A DNA stretch of 64,000 nucleotides from Octopus vulgaris (GCA_951406725.2 OX597817.1:114204001-114268000), one strand, 5' to 3'; positions 39,892 through 53,596 are shown, numbered from the stretch's first letter. Numbers and translations: made by a program. Notes: generated by a model from the letters alone, not told the origin.

Positions 39892-41317
39892 TATATACAT
39901 GTATATATATATGTATAGTTGTAGTATAAGATATGGATTCAGTGAATTGCGTTGCTATCACAGAAAGCTCCTCTAACAGACTCAGTTATCAGAGCACATT
40001 GTAATCCAATATTGATCTTCTCTCTTTGTCATCACCTGATCATAACTATTTACATATTTGTCCCTCATGCTCTCATTGTCTTATACATATGGTACAAGCA
40101 GTCACACACACACATTGAGCTTCATATATATATATATATGTGACTGGCATCCGTGCTAGTGGAGCGCTAAGAGCAGCATCCGAGCGTGATCGTTGCCAGT
40201 GCCGCTGGACTGGCTCCTGTGCAGATGGCATGTAAAAAACACCATTTGAGCATGGCCGTTGCAAGTACCGCCTGACTGGCCCTTGTGCTGGTGGCATGTA
40301 AAAGCACCCACTACCCCCTTGGAGTGGTTAGCATTAGGAACGGCATCCAGCTGTAGAAACTCTGCCAGATCAAGATTGGAGCCTGGTGCAACCATCTGGT
40401 TCGCCAGTCCTCAGTCAAATCACCCAACCCATGCTAGCATGGAAAGCGAACGTTAAACGATGATGATGATGATGGTATATACCTATCTATCTATGTATTT
40501 ATGTATATGTGTGTATCTATATATTTATGTATATGTGTGTGTATATATATGTGTTTGTGTGTGTGAGAGCCACTTTCTCTCATATTTTTGTGCCTTGTCC
40601 ACAAGCAGGAAGCTGACTTGACTCACAACTCCCCTTCAGTTTGTACTCCTGTGAGATGCATGGCTACGTCAATAGTGCTGGTTGCATTAGAAAAGCACCT
40701 AGTACATGTTGCAAAGTGGTTGGCATTAGGAAGGGCACCCAACTGTAGAAACCATGACAAAGCAGACAGCTAGAGCACAATGCAGTCATGGACCCATTAG
40801 ATCCTGTCAAACTGCCCAAGCCATATCAACATGAAATGTGGACATGAAGTGATGATGGTGGTGATTTGATATACATACATGCACACTCAAACACACTAAC
40901 ACATATGCATGCAAATACATGAAAATAAACACAAATATATGCATATTCACAATTACATTTACACTAATGCAAATGCACAATGAATGCATACACATGCAAA
41001 TATATATACGAATGGCTTCAAACAGGAATTGAAACTGTATTTGTAAAAAGCAAACTTATTGCACTCAAACACTTGTAAGTCGTTAATATAATGAGTAAAT
41101 TTGAAATTTTTGTTTAGTTAAACAAAACTCCTCAGGTGTGTTTGATGTAATAATTTTTATCTTGAAATAACTGTGTGATAACATAACTGTGTGTGATAAC
41201 TATGCCACATGAATTATTAATCACACATATATGTTATCTCACAGCTTTTTGCTGATAAAAATTTGTAATATGTGTGTGGATGACTTTTTTGTGTTGCGTG
41301 TTTTAAAAATTCTTCTT

Positions 41318-41353
<36 letters not shown>

Positions 41354-41454
41354 AGAGAGTTGGTGAAAAAAGTGAAAAAAGTGGTGGATTGGCAAATATG
41401 GTAAAACATCAATGTAAAATGCAAAGCAAGGCATTCTTTAGTATTATGTATCTC

Positions 41455-41494
<40 letters not shown>

Positions 41495-41552
41495 GTGTGT
41501 GTGTATGTGCAATTAAAATCATATCTTTTTATATTTCTTATTATATATATAC

Positions 41553-41592
<40 letters not shown>

Positions 41593-41614
41593 TTTAAAAT
41601 CATATCTATATATT

Positions 41615-41661
<47 letters not shown>

Positions 41662-42071
41662 TTTATACATTTAAAATCATATCTCTATATATTTCTTATT
41701 ATACATATACATATTATATATATATATATATGCATGTATGTATATATATATATTATATATATATATATATAAAACTGTGTGTGTAACTATATACATATTT
41801 TTTTCATGCACACACACATGTGTGTGAATATGTGCAACCATGTGTGTGCATATGTGTGTATGTGGTTTGATTCAGAAACTTCTTTAGGACATAATGATAG
41901 GCATGACTGTATGGTAAGAAACTTGCTTCCCAGCCACATGGTTTTGGGTTCAGTCCCATTGCATGGCCCCTTATACAAGTGTCTTCTACTATAGCTCTGG
42001 ACTGACCAAAGCCTTGTGCATGGATTTGGCGGATGGAAACTGAAAGAAGCCTCGTCCATCACTCACACATA

Positions 42072-42627
42072 TACAAGGTGCATCCCAGAAGTTTTGAAGC
42101 TTTTTCAGGAGAGCCATTTAAATTTCAAAGGAGCCTAAAACTCTATCTCCTTCAAAGTAGGATCCTCTGACTTCAATACACTTGTCGTAGCACTCAAACC
42201 ACTTTATGAAGGCCCTCAGAGAAGTCCTCCAAAGTGAAAGCGCCCAGAATCATTGTCACATGCTCCAGCTTTTAAGTATCTTTAAAACTACTGTTCCTTA
42301 GTTTCTCCTTCAGCTTAGAGAATGACCAAAAGTCATAGGGAGCAAGGTATGGAATAGTGAGAAGGGTGAGGGACAGTTTTGATGCCCATCTCTGGTAACC
42401 ATCATTTGGTTACCAGAATGGAATTGTGACCAGTAGTGTTTTAGTTGAGTGAAAAGCAGCATTGAGTGGGCAGTATTCAAAGTGCTGTTGCTGTTGTCTC
42501 CTTCAACGTGGAATAAAAAAGGTGGCAGGTGAGTTTATTAAATGTATAGTAATGATATACTAAAATTGGAATAATCTCAGACAGTTATAACTATCTCTCC
42601 TAAAGAGTCACAAAACTTATAGAATGC

Positions 42628-42635
<8 letters not shown>
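42072..42635 (-). mobile_element. Degenerate mariner remnant
   Basis: TA-CAAGGTGCATCC...GAATGCACCTTA-TA termini; internal decayed transposase-like sequence. Confidence 0.55.
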
Positions 42636-42658
<23 letters not shown>

Positions 42659-42869
42659 TATGTGAAATAGAAAGATGAATAATCTTGTAGTAGATTAATC
42701 AAAAGTTTAACCGATACCTTAGTAGCAAAAATCACAGCAGTAAAACAGCACGGTTGGAGGTACAACCATATGGTGTTGCAACCGTGCGTTGGTGCGGATA
42801 ATTGAAATTAGAACATTATTGGTGAATTGAAGAAATGGAGCTGAACGCAGATTGAACAGAAATCGTTTT

Positions 42870-42960
42870 ATTTCATTCTACACGTGTTTCGAAAGGCACA
42901 AATTACCAAAATCCGATGGAATAATGGGACCATATTGTGTCTTTCTCTTCAGGAAGAAAA
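42870..42960 (-). ncRNA. Identical hammerhead motif in the inverted pLTR
   Basis: Reverse complement of 44286-44376. Confidence 0.85.
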
Positions 42961-43511
42961 TCCAGGAAATCCGTTGGAAAAACAAAAACAGAACAGAGGC
43001 GGAGCAAAAACAAATCGAACTATGCTCCTAAGAGCCCATGGCGAAACTGTTTATCAGTGTATGTTGAGAACCGGTGGCTGAAGAATTCAACGGGTCAGGC
43101 ATCGGTCAATCATGTGGGTGAGGGGGCGTAGATGTTCTTTGTGACCGAGAATAAAGTTCTGACTATTTAAGGAATATTGGATGTTTTATAAGGGGCGAGA
43201 AAAAATCTACTTAGAGACGTGTGTGTGTGTATACTGTTCTATATACGTGTGTGTTGGCGTAGGGGTAAGAAAACATTTTTGTGTACGTGTGTGTTTGATC
43301 GTTCGGCTGTCAGTGGCTACTGCCGTGATGACCGTTGGGTGGCAGAAAAAAAAAAAAAATATATATCATGTTTTATGTGTGTGTGTGTTCTCATCTAAGC
43401 CTGCCTTGTCAAAGGAAACCCCCCGCTGTGAAAAAACCAAGCCAGCACGTTTGTCTTACAGGAGTAATTCCTATAGTTAATAGTGACAGTGGTTAATCGT
43501 AGATATCTTAA

Positions 43512-43766
43512 AACGCAGTTCTATTTCAGACCACGGGACTCAGTAAGCTAATATGGCGACTGAAGGATACGAACTTAAGCTACAGGCTGGAATGGTCAAT
43601 TTTGTCGGTGGCCCTCCCATTTGATAGGGGCAGAAGGCAGTGCAACCTTTGTGTCTCCGAACTCTTCCATATTTTATTTGCCAGAGGCCGGATGGTAAAC
43701 GGGCTTTTACAGTCGGCTTTTCGATGCCCCCATTGGCGGCGTTACACTTATCTGGCTTTTAAATAG
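43512..43766 (+). pseudogene. C-terminus of a PLE GIY-YIG endonuclease (Nematis/Neptune-like); open frame without start
   Basis: Manual translation ...TTGLSKLIWRLKDTNLSYRLEWSILSVALPFDRGRRQCNLCVSELFHILFARGRMVNGLLQSAFRCPHWRRYTYLAFK* fits the pattern 'T.LSK.IW.LK...W.IL...C.LC..E...N...C.H'. Not in the supplied ORF track. Confidence 0.8.
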
Positions 43767-44285
43767 CGTTTATAAATAATACCGGCACCCATAGCCCTTG
43801 GCAACAAATTCTGAAATAGCCTTTAAGATATCTACGATTAACCACTGCAAGGGGAATTACTCCTGTAAGACAAACGGGGCTTGGTTTTTTCACAGCGGGG
43901 GGTTTCCTTGACAAGGCAGGCTTAGATGAGAACACACACAGCCGAACGATCAAACGCACACACGTACACAAAAATGTTTTCTACCTCTACGCCAACACAC
44001 ACGTATATAGAACAGTATACACACACACACGTCTCTAAGTAGATTTTTTCTCGCCCCTTATAAAACATCCAATATTCCTTAAATAGTCAGAACTTTATTC
44101 TCGGTCACAAAGAACATCTACGCCCCCTCACCCACATGATTGACCGATGCCTGACCCGTTGAATTCTTCAGCCACCGGTTCTCAACATACACTGATAAAC
44201 AGTTTCGCCATGGGCTCTTAGGAGCATAGTTCGATTTGTTTTTGCTCCGCCTCTGTTCTGTTTTTGTTTTTCCAACGGATTTCTA

Positions 44286-44376
44286 TTTTCTTCCTGAAGA
44301 GAAAGACACAATATGGTCCCATTATTCCATCGGATTTTGGTAATTTGTGCCTTTCGAAACACGTGTAGAATGAAAT
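44286..44376 (+). ncRNA. Type I hammerhead ribozyme motif in the 3' pLTR
   Basis: TTC-CTGAAGA-GAAAGACACAA...TTGTGCCTTTC-GAAAC-ACGT-GTA-GAA: 11-bp stem II base (1 mismatch), palindromic stem III ACACGTGT, predicted cleavage after 44367. Confidence 0.85.
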
Positions 44377-44432
44377 AAAACGATTTCTGTTCAATCTGCG
44401 TTCAGCTCCATTTCTTCAATTCACCAATAATG

Positions 44433-44517
<85 letters not shown>

Positions 44518-44520
44518 TAC

Positions 44521-44571
<51 letters not shown>

Positions 44572-44577
44572 CATATT

Positions 44578-44609
<32 letters not shown>

Positions 44610-45015
44610 TATATGACGCAAATGAAAGACGTAGGCCAGATTTTTACACAAGAATTTCTTATTAATCATGACAATTGTTTTGATACATCTAGCAACGATC
44701 CCTCGTTTGTATGTTTATATCTATACGTTGTATATATGTCTTTGTGTTCATCCCCCATCACTGCTTGATAACTGGTGTTAGTTTCTTTATGTTTCCTTAA
44801 CTTAGTGATTCAACAAAATGGGACCAATAGAATAAGTACCAGGCTAAAAAAACAAAAACAAGGACTGTTTTGTGTGTGTGAGTTGATTTGTTTTACTTAA
44901 TCCTTCAGGTGGTACCCCCTGCATAGATGTAATCTAATGAATGAAACAAGTTAAAGATAAGCAATAAAAGACATGTATGTTAACACTGTGTGTGTGTTAT
45001 TGTGTGTGTGTGTCG

Positions 45016-45052
<37 letters not shown>

Positions 45053-46789
45053 ATTGTGTGTTGTGTGTGTGTGTCGTTACAGCCTGGTTTGAATAGTTAA
45101 TTTGAGGCAGCAATTTAGAACCAAATGTTCTTGCTGTGTTCTTGCATTTAACAGTTTTGTGTTTTTTTTTTTGTGTGTATTCGTGTGTTGTGTGTGTGTG
45201 TGATATGCCATTGTGTGCAAACATCATGTGTGTGTGTGTGTGCGTGTGTGTGTGTACATTGCACCGGTGCAAGTGTATAACTAGCAATCAAAAAATTGCT
45301 TGCACATTTTGCATGGAAAGTTAAAAAACAAAACAAAACATTGTAATATTAACCTTCGGTCTGAGATTCGAACCTGCAATCCCTCAACTGCAAGTCTGCT
45401 GCTCTAACCACTAGGCCATGTGCCTCCACTTTGTTTTGAATTAATCATGCATTATCTTTTAGCTTTGTGATTTTGATAAAGTAACTTTTACTCATTTTTA
45501 GAATAATATTGTAGGGTTGGTGTGAGAGGTCAGATCTGACAGTTGGAGCATAAAAGGTAAAATATTTCTTGGCTTGGATATGACTGGTTTAAATGCAAAA
45601 GGGTTAAAAGTTTAGAAAAATATAGAGAAATGCCTTGTGTTATTAATCATTCTTGTGTATAACAAAATCATGAATAATGTAGATTTTAAGATACTCAAAT
45701 ATTAGTAAAGAATTTTTAAAGCTTTATATTATATTTTGAAAAATCTACTGTGTTCTTGGATATCTCTTATGCACCACTGTCCTGCAATGCTTAGTTGGAA
45801 AACCACTGACTTCAGATATCACTTCAGATATCTTTTATCATTTACTTGTTTTGGTCATTGAACTGTAGCTAATCTGGGGCGCCACTTTGAAGGGTTTCGT
45901 TGAAGGAATCAATTTTCAATCCCAGTACCTATTTTAAAGTTTACTGCTCATTCTGTCTGTCTTTTTTGCCAAACTGCTAGATTACAGGGATGTAAACTGA
46001 CCAGCACTAGTTGTCAAGTGGTGCAAAACAGGAAACCAAACACAAAGGCACACAACCACACACACACACACACACACACACATAATGGCCTTCTGCACAG
46101 TTTTCATGCCCAGATGGCTTGCGGGTATAGTGAAAGATACTTACCCAAGGTGCAGTGCAGTGGGGCTCATCTCAAAAGTATGTGACTGTAAAGATATCTT
46201 CTAAACCATGCAACCATGACCTGTGCCTATGTTCACAAACTAGAATAACTTCATTTTGCTGTGAAGAGTGAAAAGAATTCTAATAATGGAAAAGCTTAAA
46301 ACCAGATGTCCTGCTCCCAATCACATGTTCTGCACAAAATCTAGTCTCCTGCTTGAAACTGAAGGTCCTGTTACTGAACTGACTTCTACTCATGAAGGTC
46401 TCCATTGGTCAAGGTTGACCATGCATTTGCATGTATGTACACATCTCAGCAAGATTATTTGAAGGAGACTGGATACAAGTGTTCCCTTTCTCTGCTATTT
46501 TATGTGACCCTTTAACAATTCTGTTTATGAATTACTCTTGGATTAGTTCTTTTTTATCATATCATTAAAGATGAAAGGCAAAGTTGATCTAGGGAGAATT
46601 TGAACTCAGAGTACAGAGACTGAGAACAAATGTCATCAGACATTTCATCCAATGCTCTAATGACTCTCTCAAATCATAACTGCTATTTCTATTCTATTTT
46701 GTGAATTGTAATTCAGCACTTTATGCTTCAGCCAACTTTCTTGAAAATAGTCATTTGACTGACTGCTATCTTGTGTCTACATGCCATAC

Positions 46790-47195
46790 ATTTACTCATT
46801 CAGACCTTTTGGACACTAATTAGAAAGTATTTCCCAAGAATCCATAGATATCATGAAATATTTAATTCCATTAATACCATGACTAGCCATTCATGCTTAG
46901 ATAATGTCGCTTCCGATGTTCTATACTACAACAGAAGCAACCCCTACCTCCACATAGTCTTCATTTCTCATTCCAACCTATAACTGCTGAAATCCTACCA
47001 ACTACCCATTGGGAGGATCCTGCATCTCAGAGGCTCTGGTCCATGGAATCACTCTTGTACAATTCAATGGTATCTCAAGACACTACATGGGCATAACTGC
47101 CAGTGACTTTAAGGGAAAGTACACACTAACACATTCTTCAGATGTAGGGACAGCGAAAACTCCACCTCCCTGTCATAACTTATCTTGTCCAAATA
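46790..47195 (+). pseudogene. Fossil PLE linker plus N-terminal GIY-YIG region (Nematis/Neptune-like)
   Basis: LIRKYFPRIHRYHEIFNSINTMTSHSCLDNVAS...YN followed by NC*NPTNYPLGGSCISEALVH...HYMGITASDFK...FRCRDSENSTSLS*LI (cf. HFP..H.LHKIFNRNT.KVSYSC, CNC...CPL.G.C, Y.G.T...FK.R); frameshifts and stops present. Confidence 0.7.
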
Positions 47196-48380
47196 AATAA
47201 AATAAATAAAATGAATCTTTAAACATACTTCTGTGCTGTTTCACTCTTTTCAAGCCCTCACATTTTATGTCTGTCTGTCTGTCTGTCTATCTGTCTATCT
47301 ATTTTTGTGTGTGTCTGTGTGTGTGAAAATTCCATACTCCAAATAAAAAAGGTGCTATATCTCCATAAGAACTTTTCAAGACTCTGTGTAATATATGCGC
47401 AACACAGCTAAAATTACTGTATATGTTGTATACATTTACATTTATATAAATAACTAATTACTCTGTATATAAATAATTAAGTACCCAATACAATCTTCAT
47501 AAATCAATATGTGCTACGTAAAGTACATTTTCATACATCTTGATATGTATTTTTTGTTTATGTTAACGTAAAAAAAGTGTACACTGCATTGGGAAGAGCA
47601 GAATTGTATAAGATAACTCCAAGATAATTCCACATAATCCTTTCTGTTATAGGCACAAAACCTGAAATTTTGTGGGAGGGGGCTAGTTGATTACATTGAC
47701 CCTTGTGCTGAGCTGTACCTATTTCATTGACCACAAAAGAATGCAAGGCCAAATTGTCTTCAACAGATTTTGAACTCAGAGCAGAAAGGTGAATGAAATG
47801 TTGCTAAGAATCTTGACCAATATGTTAATGATCCTAACAGCTTACCATCTTAAATGCACTAAAAATAATAACTATGGTAACATATTAAAATAAATATGAG
47901 TCTCTAATTAATCTATCTATATCTACATAAGCCTCCATACTTATATATACAATATGTACCATCCTGCTGTTTATTATAGTACACCAGGCTGCAGACCAGT
48001 GCTTAACCATGGATTATTTGGTACCAGGCAACACAGAGAGAATGAATTTTAAAATTTTATATCCATTTTATTGACTACTGCAGTCTTCAGGATGTGTTTG
48101 TTTTATATATGTGTTATATATGTAATAATGAAATTATATCATGCACTTTGTTGTGTTTTCCTATGCACATGATCCCCTGGTCCATGGAAAAATTGTTTCA
48201 CATGAAACTGGTCAATGGTGCAAAAAGAGAAAACATGGTTGGGGACTGCTGCTCTAGGCTTTAACAGAAGAATTCAACTCTTTAGCATTTTAAACTGGCC
48301 ATATTCAGTCCAAATTTTCTATTTGTTTTATATTCAATTATGCCTGATCTAGTCTCTCAGACCTATCCTACAATATCATT

Positions 48381-48785
48381 ACTCTTTAACTTGTTTCAGT
48401 CATTTGACTGCGGCCATGCTGGAGCCTTTAGTCAAGCAAATCAATCCCAGGACTTATTTTTTGTAAGCCTAGTACTTATTCTATCGGTCTCTTTTGCCGA
48501 ACCGCTAAGTTACGGAGACATAAACACACTAGTGTCGGTTGTCAAACGATGTTAGGGGGACAAACACAGACACACAAACATTTAAGCACACACACACACA
48601 TATATATATACATATATACGATGGGCTTCCTTCAGTTTCCGTCTACCAAATCCACTGACAAGGCTTTGGTTGGCCCGAGGCTATAGTAGAAGACACTTGC
48701 CCAAGGTGCCACGCAGTGGGGCTGAACCTGGAAACATGTGGTTCGTAAACAAACTACTTACTACACAGCCACTCCTGCACCTATA
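48381..48785 (-). mobile_element. Full-length SINE family A nested in a TTAA-type MITE (48275-48918)
   Basis: MITE sequence resumes after the SINE and ends AGGGTTAA. Confidence 0.8.
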
Positions 48786-50671
48786 AAAATAATAATAAAC
48801 AATAAAAATGATAAACAATCATAGTCTTCAAGCTATGAGATAATGCATGATTAATTGAAAACAATGTGAATAAGTAAGCATTACACTTGACAAATTAACC
48901 GAAATGCTAGAGGGTTAAACTTCTCTACCTCTTTCATATCCTCTTATCTCTCTATCAGTAATGTAACTCTCCACTTCCTGCTTACACTCCTCCTTTACTT
49001 ACTCTCCCTTCTCACTTCTAACTATTCTACCAACACTGCTTCTCCCATCAGTCCCACACCAATGCCGTCTCTCTTCCATTAATTCCTCCATCACCACCCT
49101 CACCTCAGTCACTGTTTCTTCCATGCTTTTGTCGCATCAACTCACCTTGGTTCTCTAGTAGAGCGAGTGTCACAAAAAATTGTTTCCATTATACTCTGTA
49201 AAGTGGATAACAAATGAATGGAAATAACATGAGATTGAGAGGGCTCTTTAGTCTGTCCAAAGTCATAACTGTCCACCTAGTATACTCTGAAAAGTTGTTG
49301 GTGTTAGGAGTACCCAGCAATAGAAACCATGACAAAAGTGAAGCATTTTGTTTGCTTGAGACATGGTCCTTCAGTGCATCTAAGAGGACAGAAACTCCAA
49401 ATAAGAACTGACTTAGATTGTGATAACCCAGCCAACTCATGGCAGCATGGAAAGTGGATGTCATCATCATCATCATCATCACCATCATTATTTAATGTCC
49501 CCCTTCCATGCTGGCATAGGTTGGGCAATTTGACAGGAGCTGGCAAGGCAGAAGACTACTATACTTCTGTGTCTGTTTTGGCATGGTTTTTACGTCTGGA
49601 TGCCCAATGATGATGGTGGTAGTGATGATGCCACCGCCGCCACCACCACTGTCACCACCACCAATAATATTGTGAAGGCATGTGTCTTAGTGATTAGGGT
49701 ATTCGGCTCATGATTGTAAGGTTGTGAGTTCAATTCCCAGTGGAGTGTTGTATCCTTGAACAAGACACATATCTCATGTTGCTCCAATTCACTCAGCTGG
49801 CAAAAATGAGTTGTACCTGTATTTCAAAGGGCCAGCTTTGTCACATTGTATGTGTCATGCTGATTCACCCTGAGAACTACATGAAGGGTACATGCGTCCA
49901 TGGAGTGCTCAATCACTTGCTCATTAATTTCACAAGCAGGCTGTTCTGTTGATCGAATCAACTGGAACACTTGTTGTTGTAACTGGTGGAGTGTCCAGCC
50001 TCATGATGATGTTGATGATGATCATGATGATGCTTATGATGTTGATGACGTTGATAATCCAATGGAGCTGTGATAAATATTTTGGTGCTATTCACAAGAC
50101 AAAAGCTGCTGGGGATGAAATGCATGTTTCTATGCATCAAGCTTCCTTGGAAGATTTCACTTCTTTATTCTACAGACTGCAACCTAACAATGCCTGATAG
50201 ACTGAAGCCAAGTAAAGTCAAATTTACATAAATCGTTGCAGCAGCTGATTAAAGGCAATTGCTCATTTTAACAAATCAACCATCAATTCAAAGTGATGCC
50301 TATTTTATTCAATGAAAAAGAATAGAAAACGATTGAGAGAGAGAGAGAGAGTGAGAGTGAGAGATAGTGAGAGTGAGAGATAGTGAGAGTGAGAGAGGAA
50401 AATGAAAGAGAAGTAGATACAAAGTTAGGCAGATAGATAGATAGATAGATAGATAGAAAGAATAAATTAAAGGGAAAGAGAGAAAGAATAAATGAAAGAG
50501 AAAGAGGGACAAATAAAGAGTGAGAGAACATTGGTACTTTGCCTGAAGATACAATGAAATCACTGCAACGGAATGGAAGACTTTGGTAATGAATAAATGA
50601 TGTGTTCCATTGGAATTTTCTGTATTTTCCAGCTTATTTCTTGTGCTGATATAGCTAAACTTTATAGAACA

Positions 50672-50723
<52 letters not shown>

Positions 50724-51559
50724 GTTGTTGTTGTTGTTGTTGTTGCTGTTGTTGTTATTGTTATTGTTGTTTTTCTGCCAGAGTTTATCATAAATCCTAA
50801 TATAATCACTTAAAGAAAATAGACACACTCCAAGATTTCTTGAAGAGAATTTGGTCTCAAAAGTGCTCCATTTGGGAGCCGTTGCATGAAATTTAAACAA
50901 TTTTTTTTTTCTTCTTCTTCTTCTTCTTCTTCTTCTTCTTTTTCTTCTTTGTGTGTTGGGACAATAGATAGGAAATCAAACAGGAAAAGAAGGAAAAGAA
51001 AGAGGAAATTATTAGAATTTGGTTAAGAAAGATGAAGAAACACATTTTTAGTTGTTGCATAGCCTCAGGTCAACTTTGATGGAGCAGACATAAGATTTTT
51101 AAGCAAATTATCATGACTGCACGAAGTCTTTTTTCTAGTTTTCTTTCTTATAAAATTTCTTCTTGTTTGACATACATACATAAATATACACAAAATACAT
51201 ACTCTCTCACAATCAAACACATGCACTGTCTTACCTATCTCTCACCTACCAACGTGTGTGTGTTTATACACACACACATATATATTTGTGTAAGGAAAAG
51301 CTTTTAATTCAAACATGTAAAAAAGATACAGCTGTGTTAAATTTTTTTTTTTTTGTATAATATTAAGGATTTTTAAATAATAATAGTCCTTTATGCTTAG
51401 TTTGGAATAATAGCATTCCTAAGTCTATGAACATTTCAAGACTTTCTCAGTCATATAATCTGAATGAAATTATTGTAGTTGTAGCACAATGTTCATGCAG
51501 TTTGCATTAGGTTGCAGAAGATCATGGGAATGCTGTTATGATAGATAAAAGTCATCAAT

Positions 51560-51985
51560 GCCAGATTTAAAATTATTCAAGAGTTAACTCCTCTTAGATT
51601 TTCACATGTGTCATATTTTGTTCTTAACAGAGCTCCCATAGTTAATCTGCCTCATTTTTTTTTCCAGAAATTTATATAGGATAGTAGTACTGGCAACTAT
51701 TGATCTTTTAAAATTTAATTTTGTTTTATGTACTATAATATAATATATTGCAATGGCCCCTTGTTGTGAATTCATGATCAACCAATGAGAAAGTGTTTTC
51801 CGTGTGTGTCTGATGGAACAGTTTGAGTTAAGAAGTTTACAACTTTCTTCTTTACACTGAAATTCCTGTATCACATTGGATGTAGTACTGTCTGAAGTAC
51901 ATTCCATATCTTGCAAATTTGGGACTTCATATGTTAATGAGATTTTTCATCCTGATGTTTTTGTAATATAGTCTAGTATTTTGAG
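51560..51985 (-). pseudogene. Fossil GIY-YIG domain of a second PLE lineage (Naiad-like)
   Basis: TSNVIQEFQCKEESCKLL...SIRHTRKTLSHWLIMNSQQGAI...RLTMGALL resembles 'NVIY.F.C...YIG.T.TTLSRRLTMH.Q.G.I...RL...EALL'. Confidence 0.45.
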
Positions 51986-51987
51986 GT

Positions 51988-52300
51988 TGTGGAGATGCAA
52001 TGGCCCAGTGGTTAGGGCAGCAGATTCGTGGTTGTAGGATCATGGTTTTGATTCCCAGGCCAGGTGTTGTGAGTGTTTATTGAACGAAAACACCTAAAGC
52101 TCCACGATGCTCCGGTAGAGGGTGGTGGTGATCCCTGCTGTACTCTTTCGCCACAACTTTCTCTCACTCTTTCTTCTGTTGGCCTGCTCACTTAGCCAGC
52201 GGGGTGGTGTCATTTGAAGGCTAAAACAATGTGAAGCGCATTGTGACCAGTGATGTGTATGAACATCTGATAGCCTGGTCGGTCACAGTGAACATGGTGA
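51988..52300 (+). mobile_element. tRNA-derived SINE family C
   Basis: GTGGAGATGCAATGGCCCAGTGGTTAGGG head; homologous to 11203-11500. Confidence 0.8.
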
Positions 52301-53596
52301 TTTTGAGGTTATGGTTAGGTATGATCATTTTGTCCTCATTTTAATGTCCACTTTTCCATGTTTTCATGGGCCAGATAGAATTAGTTGAGGCAGATTTTTT
52401 ATGACTGGATGTCTTTCCTGCTACCAACACTCAAACTGTTTCGAAGTAAGGTAATATTTCTCTTTGATGAGACATGTTTCCATGGAAGATTGGAAATGAA
52501 GGCAATTGTTGGCATGTAGGAGACACTTGCTTACATCTGTTAGGTAATATTAAGGCAAGGAGACAGTGACATGCACGCACATATGCACATAACTTCTTTC
52601 AGTTCCTGTCTATCAAATCCACTCATAAGGTTTTGGTTGGCCTAAGATTATTGTAGAAGACACTTGCCCAAGTTGCCATGCTGTGGGACTGAACCCAAAA
52701 CCATGTGGTTGGGAAACAAACTTCTTCTCTCACTGCCACTTTTCTGCCTATGATGCATTAATATAATGCTTGATCCTTAAGCATAATGTAATGTAATATG
52801 CATGCAAAATACAAGAAGTACGAGTTTTGATACTGATTTCAAATTTTGGCACAATGCCAGTAAGTTTGAAGGAAGGGGCTAGTCGATAACATCTATCCCA
52901 GTGCTTGATTGGTACTTATTTTATAGACCCCCAAAAGGATGAAAGGCATAATTGACCATGGTTGAATTTGAGCTCAGAACATAAAGATGGGTGAAATATC
53001 ACTAAGTCTTTTGCTTGGTATGCTAATGATTCTGTCAGCTTGCCACCTTAGTATGAATTTTGATATTAAAATAACTATAAAGTTACTCCAGACAAGGCAC
53101 TGTATTTTGATTGCCCATTCCTACCTGTGAGGGAATGAGTGATACAGCTTTTTAAATACAGCTTTGGGCTATTCCATGCTTTTAGTAGTGAGATATTAAA
53201 GCTGTTAATTGAATGTTATGATAAGAAATATGGCATTTGCTATATGTATATAGGTGAGGTACAGTAGGTCCTATACATACAGAATGATGTACTAATTTTA
53301 AAACTAGGAGCTTTTAGCCAGAAAGAAAAGCAGTGCTTGTGACACTTTACAGGTCCTTTGAGATTGGTGGTGGGAAGGAGTGAAGAAAGAAAGAGTCCTT
53401 AAATCAGAAACCTGCCCTGAATGCTTGTGACAAAGTGGACTCTATCAACACTTTAGCATTTAAACTGGCCATTTCCAAATAAAAACATTCAACTTGTTTT
53501 ATGTTCAAATTGTCCAGATCTAGCCTTTCACACCAGCCCTAGAATGTCATTCTGAAAATAAATAGTTACCTCATCAAAATCTCAAAGCTATAAGAT

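Larger units (their letters stand above)
42660..44434 (+). mobile_element. 5'-truncated Penelope-like element with inverted pLTR (fold-back), inserted in (TA)n
   Basis: Inverted arms 42812-43512 and 43822-44434; unpaired extension 42660-42811; the spacer encodes the C-terminus of a PLE GIY-YIG endonuclease; each arm holds a hammerhead motif. Confidence 0.9.

Noticed and set aside
42884-44362. Paired 64-65-aa ORFs (MFRKAQITK...) on opposite strands
   Set aside because: A by-product of the inverted pLTR; antisense to the hammerhead, with no protein features.
45350-45430. tRNA-like sequence on the minus strand
   Set aside because: It matches the SINE family C head; no convincing cloverleaf or terminator.
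47997-48251. Possible hAT MITE
   Set aside because: Termini are CAGTG-like but the candidate 8-bp TSDs (CTGCAGAC / CTCTAGGC) do not match well enough.
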